A stretch of DNA of 35,443 bases, taken from Pseudomonadota bacterium. Its GTDB lineage: Bacteria; Pseudomonadota; Gammaproteobacteria; Burkholderiales; SG8-39. The translations under genes and the position numbers were made by a program. The notes beneath the pieces are model-generated. The model saw only the letters and a program-made list of their open reading frames with translations. It was not told the DNA's origin and did no database searches. Shown in pieces: positions 1-9,135 of the stretch. Numbering within the stretch: position 1 is the first letter of the stretch; the number at the start of each line of letters is the position of its first letter. Location of the stretch: the NCBI GenBank assembly GCA_031408275.1, contig JANNWA010000347.1:1-35443 (forward strand), given 5' to 3'.

Positions 1-1
1 C

Positions 2-523
2 ACCATGCTCGCCTTCCTGATCAAAGCGAGCGTCACTGCGTTGCGCCAGTACCCGGAGTTCAATGCATCGCTCGACAAGACCGGCGAGAACCTGGTGCTG
101 AAGAAGTACTTCCACATCGGCGTGGCGGTCGATACGGCCGAGGGTCTCGTGGTCCCGGTCATACGCGACGCCGACCGCAAGGGGGTATTCGACCTCGCGC
201 GAGAGCTTTCCGAGGTCTCCAGGCTCGCCAAGGACAAGAAGCTAAAGCCCGGGGACATGCAGGGCGGGACGTTTTCCATCTCAAGCCTGGGCGGGATCGG
301 TGGCACGATGTTCACGCCCATCATCAACGCGCCCGAGGTCGCGATCCTCGGCGTTTCGCGCTCGGTGATGCGCCCGGTGTGGAACGGCAAGGAATTCGCC
401 CCGCGGCTGGTGCTGCCGCTGTCCCTGTCCTATGACCACCGCGTGATCGACGGCGCCGCCGGGGCGCGCTTCACAACCTATCTGGTCTCGGTGCTTTCGG
501 ACATCCGCCGTTCGCTGCTCTAG
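2..523 (+). CDS. aceF: Dihydrolipoamide acetyltransferase E2 of pyruvate dehydrogenase, C-terminal catalytic domain (5'-truncated by window)
   Basis: [26 protein letters not shown] and catalytic [12 protein letters not shown] motifs; lpdA downstream. Confidence 0.96.
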   Translation, partial: TMLAFLIKASVTALRQYPEFNASLDKTGENLVLKKYFHIGVAVDTAEGLVVPVIRDADRKGVFDLARELSEVSRLAKDKKLKPGDMQGGTFSISSLGGIGGTMFTPIINAPEVAILGVSRSVMRPVWNGKEFAPRLVLPLSLSYDHRVIDGAAGARFTTYLVSVLSDIRRSLL

Positions 524-538
524 CGCGGCTCTGCCCAG

Positions 539-1138
539 ATGACAACCATAGTCGCGGTCAGGAAGAACGGCCGCATCGCCATCGGCGCGGACTCCCTCAC
601 CAGCTTCGGTGAAACCCGCGTGCCCAAGCATTACAAGCGCGTCCACGACAAGATCCTGCGCGTCGGCGAAAGCTACTTCGGGATCTGCGGCAGCTCGGCG
701 CACCACCTGGTCTTCGAGTCGGTCTTCGCGCGCACGCGAAACCTGAAGTTCGGCAGCCGCGCCGAGGTGTATGAGACGTTTCGCAAGCTTCATCCCCTCC
801 TCAAGAAGCACGCTTTCCTGAACCCGAAGGAAAGCGACACGGATCCCTATGAGTCGAGCCAGATCGACTCGCTGCTTGTCAACCCGACCGGCATCTACGG
901 CGTCTATTCGTACCGGGAGGTGTTCGATTACGACCGCTTCTGGGCGATCGGTTCCGGGCGCAATTACGCGCTCGGGGCGATGTTCGCCGTATACGATGCG
1001 CTGGACAACCCGGGCGACATTGCACGTGTCGGGGTGGAGGCGGGCATCGAGTTCGACAAGAGTTCCGGTGCGCCGTTTTCCATCCACGAGTTCCGGGCGG
1101 CACCGCAACAGGCCAAACGCAGGACGGGCAGGATATGA
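539..1138 (+). CDS. Proteasome beta-subunit/HslV-like Ntn hydrolase, BPH (betaproteobacterial proteasome homolog) type
   Basis: N-terminal M-T-T (Thr1 nucleophile), [14 protein letters not shown] Lys, WAIGSG motif; 199 aa; no hslU adjacent; stop overlaps lpdA start (ATGA at 1135-1138). Confidence 0.85.
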   Translation: MTTIVAVRKNGRIAIGADSLTSFGETRVPKHYKRVHDKILRVGESYFGICGSSAHHLVFESVFARTRNLKFGSRAEVYETFRKLHPLLKKHAFLNPKESDTDPYESSQIDSLLVNPTGIYGVYSYREVFDYDRFWAIGSGRNYALGAMFAVYDALDNPGDIARVGVEAGIEFDKSSGAPFSIHEFRAAPQQAKRRTGRI

Positions 1139-2904
1139 CCAAACTCATCGAAATCAAGGCGCCGGACATCGGCGATTTCAAGAATGTCGGCGTCATCGAG
1201 ATTCTGGTGAAGCCCGGGGACGTCATCCAGAAGGAAACTTCGCTGATCACAGTGGAGTCCGACAAGGCGACGATGGAGATCCCTTCGCCGATGGCCGGCG
1301 TGGTGCGGGAACTCAAGGTGAAGCTGGGAGACACGATTTCCGAGGGCTCGCTGCTGCTGACATTGGAGGAGGATGGTTCGCGGTCCGCGGCTCCCGGGCA
1401 GCCTGCCGGCGCTGCCGCGGCCCCGGCAAGCGTTCCTCCCGCTGCGGCGACCTCCATGGAAACCCCGGCGGCATTGCCAACCGGCGCCAAGGCGGACATC
1501 GAGTGCGACGTTCTTGTGCTCGGCTCCGGTCCCGGCGGCTATTCGGCGGCGTTCCGCGCCGCCGACCTGGGGAAGAAGGTCGTGCTGGTCGAGCGCTATG
1601 CGACCCTCGGCGGGGTCTGTCTGAACGTGGGGTGCATTCCTTCCAAGGCCCTTCTCCACGTCGCGGCCGTCATGGAAGAGGCCCGGCGCATGGCCGAGCA
1701 TGGGATTTCGTTCGGCAAGCCAGCCGTGGATCTGGCGAAGCTGCGCGCATGGAAGGACAAGGTCGTCGGCAGGCTCACGACGGGCCTTGCAGGCATGTCC
1801 AAGCTGCGCAAGGTCACGGTCCTGACAGGCACAGGCAGGTTCGTGGATCCCACCCACCTGTCGGTCGAGGGCGCGGGCGGGCGCAAGCTCGTGCGCTTCG
1901 AGAACGCGATCGTCGCCGCGGGGTCGCAGGCGGCAAAACTCCCCTTCCTGCCGGACGACCCACGCATCGTGGACTCCACTGGCGCGCTGGAGCTAAGGAG
2001 CGTGCCGAAGCGGATGCTGGTGATCGGCGGCGGGATCATCGGCCTTGAGATGGGCACCGTGTACTCCACGCTCGGGGCACGCCTGGACGTGGTCGAAATG
2101 ATGGACTCCCTGATGATCGGACCCGACCGCGACCTCGTCGCTGTCTGGCAGAAATTCAATGCGCCGCGTTTCGACAACGTGATGCTGAAGACCCGGACGG
2201 TCAAGGTCGAGGCGACCCCTGAGGGGATAAAGGTGTGGTTCGAGGGCGAACAGGCTCCGAAAGATCCGCAGACCTATGACCTCGTGCTCGTATCGGTGGG
2301 CCGTACGCCCAACGGCAAGAACGTCGGGGCAGACAAGGCGGGCGTCGCGCTGAGCGAGCGCGGGTTCATTCCGGTCGACAGCCAGATGCGCACCAACGTG
2401 CCGCACATCTTCGCGATCGGCGACATCGTCGGCCAGCCGATGCTCGCGCACAAGGCCGTGCACGAGGGGCATGTCGCCGCGGAAGCGGCGGCGGGCGGGA
2501 AATCGCATTTCGACGCCAGCGTCATACCCGGTGTTGCTTATACGGATCCGGAGGTCGCGTGGGCCGGCCTTACCGAGGACGAGGCGAAAAAGCAGGGCGT
2601 GAAGGTCGGTGTCGGAAAATTCCCCTGGGCCGCTTCCGGGCGTGCAATCGCAAACGGCCGGGACGAAGGGTTCACCAAGCTCATTTTCGATGCAGAAACT
2701 CATCGCATCGTCGGGGCCGGCATTGTCGGCACGGGCGCGGGAGACCTGATCAGTGAGCTGGCCCTTGCAATCGAGATGGGAGCCGATGCGGTCGACATCG
2801 GCAAGACCATCCATCCGCACCCGACGCTCGGCGAGTCGGTCGGCATGGCGGCGGAACTCTACGAAGGCGTATGCACCGACATGCCGCCGGTGAAGAAAAA
2901 ATGA
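1135..2904 (+). CDS. lpdA: Dihydrolipoamide dehydrogenase E3 with N-terminal lipoyl domain
   Basis: Lipoyl motif VESDKA, Ala/Pro linker, GSGPGG FAD motif, [13 protein letters not shown] redox disulfide, HPHPTLGE. Confidence 0.97.
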   Translation: MTKLIEIKAPDIGDFKNVGVIEILVKPGDVIQKETSLITVESDKATMEIPSPMAGVVRELKVKLGDTISEGSLLLTLEEDGSRSAAPGQPAGAAAAPASVPPAAATSMETPAALPTGAKADIECDVLVLGSGPGGYSAAFRAADLGKKVVLVERYATLGGVCLNVGCIPSKALLHVAAVMEEARRMAEHGISFGKPAVDLAKLRAWKDKVVGRLTTGLAGMSKLRKVTVLTGTGRFVDPTHLSVEGAGGRKLVRFENAIVAAGSQAAKLPFLPDDPRIVDSTGALELRSVPKRMLVIGGGIIGLEMGTVYSTLGARLDVVEMMDSLMIGPDRDLVAVWQKFNAPRFDNVMLKTRTVKVEATPEGIKVWFEGEQAPKDPQTYDLVLVSVGRTPNGKNVGADKAGVALSERGFIPVDSQMRTNVPHIFAIGDIVGQPMLAHKAVHEGHVAAEAAAGGKSHFDASVIPGVAYTDPEVAWAGLTEDEAKKQGVKVGVGKFPWAASGRAIANGRDEGFTKLIFDAETHRIVGAGIVGTGAGDLISELALAIEMGADAVDIGKTIHPHPTLGESVGMAAELYEGVCTDMPPVKKK

Positions 2905-3566
2905 CCCAGGACGAACTGAAGCAGCTGGTCGCCAGGGAGGCGCTCAAGCACGTTGTCGATGACGCAATCGTCGGTGTCGGCTCGGGCTCCACCGTGAATT
3001 TCTTCATCGATGCCCTTGCCACTATCAAGGGCCGCATCGAGGGCGCCGTGGCCGCCTCCGAAGCCAGTGCGGAGCGACTGAAGAAGCATGGCATCCGGGT
3101 GTTCGACCTGAATTCGGTCAACGAACTGCCCGTCTACGTCGATGGCGCCGACGAAATCACCGAGCACATGCACATGATCAAGGGCGGCGGTGGGGCCCTT
3201 ACCCGCGAGAAGATCATCGCCGCGGTCGCGAGGAAGTTCGTCTGCATTTGCGACCTATCCAAGCTGGTGCCGGTCCTGGGCAAGTTCCCGCTTCCCGTCG
3301 AAGTGATCCCGATGGCGCGCAGCTACGTGGGGCGCGAATTGCTGCGGATGGGCGGCCAGCCGGCGCTGCGCGAGAACTTCAAGACCGACAACGGCAACCT
3401 GATCCTCGATTGCCGTGGGCTGACCATCATGGACCCGCCGGCCCTGGAGGCCCAGTTGAACAACGTGGCCGGCGTGGTCACCAACGGGCTGTTTGCGCGC
3501 CGGCCAGCGGACGTCCTGTTGCTCGGATCGCCTGACGGGGTACAGTCCCGAACTGCGCCGCGCTGA
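2901..3566 (+). CDS. rpiA: Ribose-5-phosphate isomerase A
   Basis: [24 protein letters not shown] motifs; start moved to ATG 2901, which overlaps the lpdA stop (ATGA). Confidence 0.96.
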   Translation: MTQDELKQLVAREALKHVVDDAIVGVGSGSTVNFFIDALATIKGRIEGAVAASEASAERLKKHGIRVFDLNSVNELPVYVDGADEITEHMHMIKGGGGALTREKIIAAVARKFVCICDLSKLVPVLGKFPLPVEVIPMARSYVGRELLRMGGQPALRENFKTDNGNLILDCRGLTIMDPPALEAQLNNVAGVVTNGLFARRPADVLLLGSPDGVQSRTAPR

Positions 3567-3576
3567 ACGATATTTC

Positions 3577-3610
3577 AAGTCACGGATTTGTAATACGCCT
3601 GTGCTAAGCT
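3577..3610 (+). promoter_or_regulatory. Putative Pho box plus extended -10 for phoU
   Basis: AAGTCAC-GGAT-TTGTAAT (11-bp period, resembles CTGTCAT-N4-CTGTMAY), then 10 bp to TAAGCT preceded by TGn; directly upstream of phoU. Confidence 0.6.
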
Positions 3611-3642
3611 GAACCTCCCCTTGCAGCGGGTAGGGTTCCACG

Positions 3643-4341
3643 ATGGCTGAGCACATATCAAAGCAGTTCGACGCCGAGCTTGAGAGCGTGCGGTCGCGCG
3701 TCCTGCAGATGGGCGGGCTGGTCGAAGACCAGATCATCCAGGCGATGGAAGCGCTGGCATCGGGCGACATGGAGTCGATCGACCGGGTCATCGCCAACGA
3801 CCACCGCGTCAACGCGATGGAAGTCGAGCTCGACGAATCCTGCAGCCACATCATCGCGCGCCGCCAGCCCGCGGCGGGCGACCTGCGACTGCTCATAACC
3901 GTGATCAAGACCATCACCGACCTGGAGAGGATCGGGGACGAGGCCGAAAAGATCGCCCGGATGGCCAAGCTCATCCACACGGCCGAGCGGCTGCACATGC
4001 CTCGAATGGACCTTTCCCGCATAGCGGATCGCGCCGTGCAGATGCTGCGCCAGGCGCTCGATTGCTTTGCTCGCCTGGATGTCCCTCAGGCCATGGCGGT
4101 CGTGAAGCAGGACAGCGAGGTGGACAGCTCGTTCCGCGCGATCATGCGCCAGCTGATCACGTTCATGATGGAAGACCCGAGGACAATATCGCGGTCGCTC
4201 GAGATCCTGTTCATCGCCAAGGCCCTGGAGCGCGTCGGCGACCATTCCAAGAACATGGCGGAGTACGTGATCTACATGGTCAAGGGGCGGGACGTACGCC
4301 ACACCTCGATCGAAGATGTGGAAAAGGAGCTGCTGGAGTAG
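3643..4341 (+). CDS. phoU: Phosphate signalling protein PhoU
   Basis: EHISKQFDAELE start, ARRQPAAGDLR, TDLERIGD and LERVGDHSKNMAEYVIYMVKG repeats. Confidence 0.96.
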   Translation: MAEHISKQFDAELESVRSRVLQMGGLVEDQIIQAMEALASGDMESIDRVIANDHRVNAMEVELDESCSHIIARRQPAAGDLRLLITVIKTITDLERIGDEAEKIARMAKLIHTAERLHMPRMDLSRIADRAVQMLRQALDCFARLDVPQAMAVVKQDSEVDSSFRAIMRQLITFMMEDPRTISRSLEILFIAKALERVGDHSKNMAEYVIYMVKGRDVRHTSIEDVEKELLE

Positions 4342-4344
4342 TTT

Positions 4345-4617
4345 TCAGCTGCCCGGCGGGACGTACCCGGCCGCCGCATCGGCGCCGTCGCCGAAAAAGT
4401 GTTTTTCCATCTGCTCGACGAGGTACTTGCGCGCCTTCGAATCGGCGAGGTTCAGGCGGTTCTCGTTCACGAGCATCGTCTGGTGGCGCAGCCACTGCTG
4501 CCAGGCTTCCTTCGAAACATTCTCGAAAATGCGCTTGCCGAGCTCCCCGGGGTAGGTCGGGCGGTCCAAGCCTTCCGCTTCCCGCCCGAGCTTCACGCAC
4601 ATTACCATCCTAGTCAT
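4345..4617 (-). CDS. yggX: Fe(II)-trafficking / oxidative damage protection protein YggX
   Basis: [43 protein letters not shown]; C-terminal GYVPP. Confidence 0.95.
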   Translation of the reverse strand: MTRMVMCVKLGREAEGLDRPTYPGELGKRIFENVSKEAWQQWLRHQTMLVNENRLNLADSKARKYLVEQMEKHFFGDGADAAAGYVPPGS

Positions 4618-4649
4618 GAGTGTTTCCTCTTGTCGCGAAGGTCGCGATT

Positions 4650-5972
4650 CTAGCGCAGGCGCTTCTTGAACACCTTCGAATTGCGCTTCCAGTTGTAGAG
4701 CGCCTGCTTCTTCTCGGGCAGGGCGCTCACATCCGCCGGTTTGAATCCCTGCTCGAGGAACCAGTGGGCGGCGCGGGTCGTGAGCGCAAACAGGCGCCGG
4801 ATCCCCAGCGTGCGGGCATGCTCTTCGCAGGCGTGCAGCAATTGTTCCCCGTACCCGGAGTCGCGGTAGCCGGCGGCGACGGCAAAGCAGGCGAACTCGG
4901 CGCTCTTTTCCTCCGGGAAAGGATAGAGCGCGGCGCAGCCGACGATGACCCGGTCATGCTCGATCACGGTGAAATTGCCGATCTCGCGCTCGAGCATCTC
5001 GCGGTTGCGCTTGACCAGCGCGCCCTCGGCCTCGAGCGGCTCGATCAGCGCGATGATCCCGCGCACGTCTTCGATCCGCGCGGTACGGATCTCCTCGACC
5101 GGATCGGCCGTGATCATCGTGCCCACCCCGGAATGGGTGAAGAGCTCCAGGGGGATGGCGCCCAGTACCCGCCGCGAAAGCAGGTGCGCCCGGCCCACGC
5201 CCGAGGCCAGTGCGCTGAGGGCGCAGTTCAGCGTGCGCGCCGGCGCCGGCGCGAGCCTGCTCCTGCCTGCCATGGCCTTGGCCTGCTTCGCGGTGAGCTG
5301 CGCGATGACTTCGCCTTTGCGGTCGGTCGGCAGCCAATCGGAAAACACCAGCAGTTTTTCGGCCTTCAGCGCAATCGCCACGCTCGCGGCGACGTCCTCC
5401 CAGCCCAGGTTGAAGACTTCTCCCGTGGGCGAATACCCGATGTGGGGGACCAGCACGATCTCCTCCGCGTCGAGCCTGCGCTGGATCGCAACCGAGTCCA
5501 CCTTGCGGACTGTGCCCGAGAACTGTAGGTCGATCCCGTCGATGATGCCGATCGGCCTGGCAGTGATGAAGTTTCCCGATGCAACGCGGATGTCCGCGCC
5601 GGCCATCGGTGAGTTCGGCAGGCCCTGCGAAAGAAGGGCCTCGAGCTCGACACGCAAGGCGCCCGCGGCGTGCTTGACCGCGACGAGCGCGGCCGCATCC
5701 GTGATGCGCTGGCCCTTGGCGAAGCGCGAGCGCTGGCCGCCGGCCTTGAGCGCAGCCTCGATCTGCGGGCGCGCGCCGTGCACGAGCACGAGCCGGATGC
5801 CGAGTGCCGCGAGCAGATTGATGTCCTGGATGAAATGGATGAATCGCGCGCGATCGGTGACCAGTTCGCCGCCGAAGGCCACCACGAAAGTCCGGCCGCC
5901 AAAGGCGTGCAGGTAGGGCGCCGTCTGGCGGAACCAGCGGACGAAGGCTTCTGGCTGCGGGGAGGGTGGCAT
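4650..5972 (-). CDS. argA: Amino-acid N-acetyltransferase (N-acetylglutamate synthase)
   Basis: FVRWFR..APY, kinase-like domain [21 protein letters not shown] linker, GNAT domain ending YNWKRNSKV. Confidence 0.95.
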   Translation of the reverse strand: MPPSPQPEAFVRWFRQTAPYLHAFGGRTFVVAFGGELVTDRARFIHFIQDINLLAALGIRLVLVHGARPQIEAALKAGGQRSRFAKGQRITDAAALVAVKHAAGALRVELEALLSQGLPNSPMAGADIRVASGNFITARPIGIIDGIDLQFSGTVRKVDSVAIQRRLDAEEIVLVPHIGYSPTGEVFNLGWEDVAASVAIALKAEKLLVFSDWLPTDRKGEVIAQLTAKQAKAMAGRSRLAPAPARTLNCALSALASGVGRAHLLSRRVLGAIPLELFTHSGVGTMITADPVEEIRTARIEDVRGIIALIEPLEAEGALVKRNREMLEREIGNFTVIEHDRVIVGCAALYPFPEEKSAEFACFAVAAGYRDSGYGEQLLHACEEHARTLGIRRLFALTTRAAHWFLEQGFKPADVSALPEKKQALYNWKRNSKVFKKRLR

Positions 5973-6068
5973 GCGCGGTGCGCCGGGTTGGTGGCTGAAC
6001 TCGAGGAAAGGCTTCGCGAATAATATGCCAGTTGAGCGCGTTACGACTCGAAGCTCGAACCGAAGCGG

Positions 6069-6812
6069 TCAGCCGTCGCCGTAAAGCGCGTTCAGGGCGG
6101 CCAGGGCCGCGGGTCCGGCGGTTTCGGTGCGCAGGACTCTCGGTCCGAGATGGACCGGCACGAACCCGGCTGCGACGAGCAGGGCCTCCTCCCGGGGGCT
6201 GAAGCCCGCTTCTGGGCCCGTCGCAAGCACGATGGGGCGGTCTGTGCCACCCTGGATTGAGCGCAGGCCGGATTGCGCGCCCGGCGCCAGTAGCAGTTTC
6301 AGCACTCCTTCCGGAGCCCGGTATGCGGCTACGGGCACCGCTGCGGCTACAGAGGGGACGCGATTGCGGCCGCACTGCTCGCAGGCCGCCGCGGCCACGC
6401 GCTGCCAGTGTTCGCGCCGAGAGTCGACGCGCTCACCCTTGAGCTTAACGACGGATCGCTCGGCGAGCACGGGCTGGATTGCGGCCACCCCCAGTTCGAC
6501 CACCTTCTGGATCGTCAGGTCCATCCGGTCTCCGGATGAGATGCCCTGGACCAGGGTGACCGCCAGCGACGACTCGCGCTCCAGCGGTGAAAACCGGCCG
6601 ACTTCGACTTCCACCGCATCACGCGAGATCCGGACGATGCGCGCCTCGTACTCCCCGCCGGAGCCGCTGAAGAGGGCGACGGCGTCTTCTTCGCGCAGTC
6701 GCAGTACCCGCGAGGCGTGATGGGCGGCATCCCCGGGCAGGGCGAGGCGCTCGCCCGGTGCCAAGGTGGCGTCTACGTGAAAGCGCGGGACGCGGGGATG
6801 GGCGGTCGTCAT
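6069..6812 (-). CDS. rsmE: 16S rRNA m3U1498 methyltransferase RsmE
   Basis: HHASRVLRL, QKVVELGV, ACEQCGR, GPEAGFS, LGPRVLRTETA. Confidence 0.95.
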   Translation of the reverse strand: MTTAHPRVPRFHVDATLAPGERLALPGDAAHHASRVLRLREEDAVALFSGSGGEYEARIVRISRDAVEVEVGRFSPLERESSLAVTLVQGISSGDRMDLTIQKVVELGVAAIQPVLAERSVVKLKGERVDSRREHWQRVAAAACEQCGRNRVPSVAAAVPVAAYRAPEGVLKLLLAPGAQSGLRSIQGGTDRPIVLATGPEAGFSPREEALLVAAGFVPVHLGPRVLRTETAGPAALAALNALYGDG

Positions 6813-6821
6813 GGCCTGAGA

Positions 6822-7439
6822 CTATCCCCGGCCCGGCACCCGCGTACGCAGGCGCCGGACAAGAGTCCTCAGCCCGGAAACTATGGCATGGACCAGTAGC
6901 GCTGCCGCGAGCGTGAACAGGGCAAGCATCCCCAGAAAGGCAATCGGGTGCGCGACCGCAAGCCAGAGCCCGGACGGCACCAGCATGTCCTCAAAAGCCG
7001 AGGCGAACCAGTTGCTGAAAGGCTCCGGCGAGGCATTGATTGCCGCACGGCCGCCCGCTTTGGCCAGATGCGTGCCTGCCGCGATGGTCCCGCCGAGTAT
7101 GGCGGCAGCGATCGCGACGGGAACTTCATCCGCCCCGAACACGGCCGCTGCGAGCATCGCGCCGGCCGGCACGCGAATGAACGTGTGCACCGCGTCCCAC
7201 AGGCTGTCGAGCCACGGCAGCTTGTCTGCGCCGAATTCCACACAAGCCATGAATCCGCTGGCTCCGAGCACCAGCGGGTGGCCCAGCACGGCCAGGTGCG
7301 GGGGAAGGTCGAGCCAGCCGGAGTAGCCAGCCATGCCGACTATCAGCAGGACCGCATACAGCCGGATGCCGCTGCCCCAAGCGAGTGCTGCCGCGAGCGC
7401 GATCTCCGGCAGGAGGCTATGAAGGGAGTTCGTCGACAT
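6822..7439 (-). CDS. DUF4126 family membrane protein
   Basis: WGSGIRLY, EFGADKLPWLDSLWDAVHTFIRVPAG, NASPEPFSNW..S..ED; start moved to ATG 7439. Confidence 0.85.
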   Translation of the reverse strand: MSTNSLHSLLPEIALAAALAWGSGIRLYAVLLIVGMAGYSGWLDLPPHLAVLGHPLVLGASGFMACVEFGADKLPWLDSLWDAVHTFIRVPAGAMLAAAVFGADEVPVAIAAAILGGTIAAGTHLAKAGGRAAINASPEPFSNWFASAFEDMLVPSGLWLAVAHPIAFLGMLALFTLAAALLVHAIVSGLRTLVRRLRTRVPGRG

Positions 7440-7479
7440 GGCTCGGGCATTCTCGCACGCCGCCCGGCCGAGGCACTTG

Positions 7480-7932
7480 CTAAGGGCGTTTCCCGGCAGT
7501 GGTACAGCGGAAATCGCTGGTCGGGACACTCGAGTCGCTGCAGTCGACGAAGCGGATCCGGGTACCGGGCGGGAACGTCCACTGGAATTCCCGCTGCCGA
7601 ACCACGGCATAGAGCGGGGCGGCGATGCCGGCCGGCTGGATTGCGGGGGCGTTGGCGCTGGTTCGCATGCACACCGGCGCCATGGCAATGACCTTGGACG
7701 GGTGCTCCGCGCACCAATAGACGATGCGCACCGTCTCGCATCGATTCTCGAAAACGATGCGGTAATGCTGGCGGCCCTGATCCCCGAAGCTCGCGAGGTC
7801 GTTGGCAGATACCGTCAGTCGGAGGCATTCGCCCGACGCGCGGCCCGGGTTCGGGATGTCGGCGGCGGCGGCCGGGGAAAACAGGAGGGAAAACAGGAGA
7901 GAACTGATCGATAGGCGAAGCATGGCGGGCAT
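7480..7932 (-). CDS. Hypothetical secreted protein with six cysteines
   Basis: Signal-peptide-like MLRLSISSLLFSLLFSPAAAA followed by a beta-rich domain with 6 Cys; fills the gap on the same strand as its neighbours; start 7932 or 7923. Confidence 0.6.
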   Translation of the reverse strand: MPAMLRLSISSLLFSLLFSPAAAADIPNPGRASGECLRLTVSANDLASFGDQGRQHYRIVFENRCETVRIVYWCAEHPSKVIAMAPVCMRTSANAPAIQPAGIAAPLYAVVRQREFQWTFPPGTRIRFVDCSDSSVPTSDFRCTTAGKRP

Positions 7933-8054
7933 TTGAACAAAAGCCCACCCCCGCCGTCTATTGTCTTTTGCAATCTCTGAAGAGATCTTGCAACTCTTTA
8001 CCTTGCCCTGTTTCGGGGATCGTGCGAGTTGTCGCGTGCCGGGGGTTTCCCGGT

Positions 8055-8426
8055 TCAGCGCGGACAGGCCCAGCCGACGATCTCGCAGCGCTCGCCGCAC
8101 AGGCGCAGCGCACGCGTCTCGGCCTCCTGCCGAGTGGCTCCGCGCGAAGCCACAAACTTTTTCGGGCCGTTGGCCACTGCGCCGCAATCCTTGCTCAGGC
8201 TGGCGACGATTTCGCATTTCGGGTGGCCGCATTGCTTGAGTGCGGCAAGGCGCGCGCTGCGCGAGTCCTTCTCGTTCACCGCGTACCCGAAGCTTCCCGA
8301 ATCACGGTGGTAGGCGAGCGCGCCGGTAGGCGGCGGGCTTTTCGAAGCTGCCTCCCTGGCCGGCAGGATGGCAAGCAGCACCAAGGCAAGCGTTGCGGCA
8401 AGTGAACGAACGGCGCGGCGCACCAT
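8055..8426 (-). CDS. DUF4189-like secreted protein
   Basis: Signal peptide, GALAY..GYAVN..A..AAL.QC...C, CGAVA, AE..AL..C...C...WAC pattern. Confidence 0.8.
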   Translation of the reverse strand: MVRRAVRSLAATLALVLLAILPAREAASKSPPPTGALAYHRDSGSFGYAVNEKDSRSARLAALKQCGHPKCEIVASLSKDCGAVANGPKKFVASRGATRQEAETRALRLCGERCEIVGWACPR

Positions 8427-8437
8427 GGCTCCTCGCT

Positions 8438-9115
8438 TCAGGGCAGGCTGCAGCCCTTTTCGCGCAGCATCTTGTCCACCCAGCTGCGGTCGATCGTGCC
8501 GGCGGCAATCGCAGCCAGCGAGGCTTCTTCCTTGTTCTTCTGGGCGACAGTCAGCGCGATGATGCGTTCGGCCTCCGCCTGCGAGATCGCTACCACCCCG
8601 TCAGCGTCCCCGACGATGATGTCGCCGGGGTTCACCACCATGCCTGCGATTGAAACCTGCACGTTGATCTCGCCGGGCCCGTCCTTGTACGGGCCGCGGT
8701 GGGTGACGCCGCAGGCGTACACCGGGAAGTCGTTTGCGGCGATGGCGTCCACATCGCGGATCGCGCCGTCGATGATCATGCCTGCGACGCCCCGCTTTTT
8801 CGCGTGCGAGGTCATGATCTCCCCGATGATCGCGTGATCGAGCGCCCCGCCCGCATCCACGAGGATAACGTCGCCCGGCGCGGCCATGTCGATGGCTTTG
8901 TGCGTGAGCAGGTTGTCGCCGGGACGGGTCTTGACCGTGAATGCCGTGCCGACGAGCTTTGCGCCGCGGTGATAGGGCCGCAGGCGCGCACCCGCGCCGT
9001 AGTGGCGAAGCATGTTGTCGCTGATGTTCGAGGTGGGAAGCGCTGCAAACGCTTCCAGCAGGCGCGCTGCGGCCCGGGGCGGGGAGGGCAGGACGCGGAA
9101 ACCGATCGTGGACAT
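8438..9115 (-). CDS. RraA-family protein (HMG/CHA-type pyruvate aldolase-like)
   Basis: TSNISD, GTAFTVKTRPGDNL, AIIGEIM, IDGAIRD, PGDIIVGDADGVV; start moved to ATG 9115. Confidence 0.88.
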   Translation of the reverse strand: MSTIGFRVLPSPPRAAARLLEAFAALPTSNISDNMLRHYGAGARLRPYHRGAKLVGTAFTVKTRPGDNLLTHKAIDMAAPGDVILVDAGGALDHAIIGEIMTSHAKKRGVAGMIIDGAIRDVDAIAANDFPVYACGVTHRGPYKDGPGEINVQVSIAGMVVNPGDIIVGDADGVVAISQAEAERIIALTVAQKNKEEASLAAIAAGTIDRSWVDKMLREKGCSLP

Positions 9116-9135
9116 TGCTTTGCTTCCCGGTTTGG

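Noticed and set aside
539-1138. Calling this gene hslV
   Set aside because: Lacks the HslV GDGQ.TLG signature and has no adjacent hslU; fits the BPH type better
4339-4347. phoU and yggX stops only 3 nt apart with no terminator
   Set aside because: Tight convergent ends recur in this window (25754/25766, 34010/34030) and are common in compact genomes; no further evidence of antisense control
7877-7900. 12-bp tandem duplication encoding SLLF-SLLF
   Set aside because: Two copies, in frame, inside a signal peptide; no sign of a contingency locus
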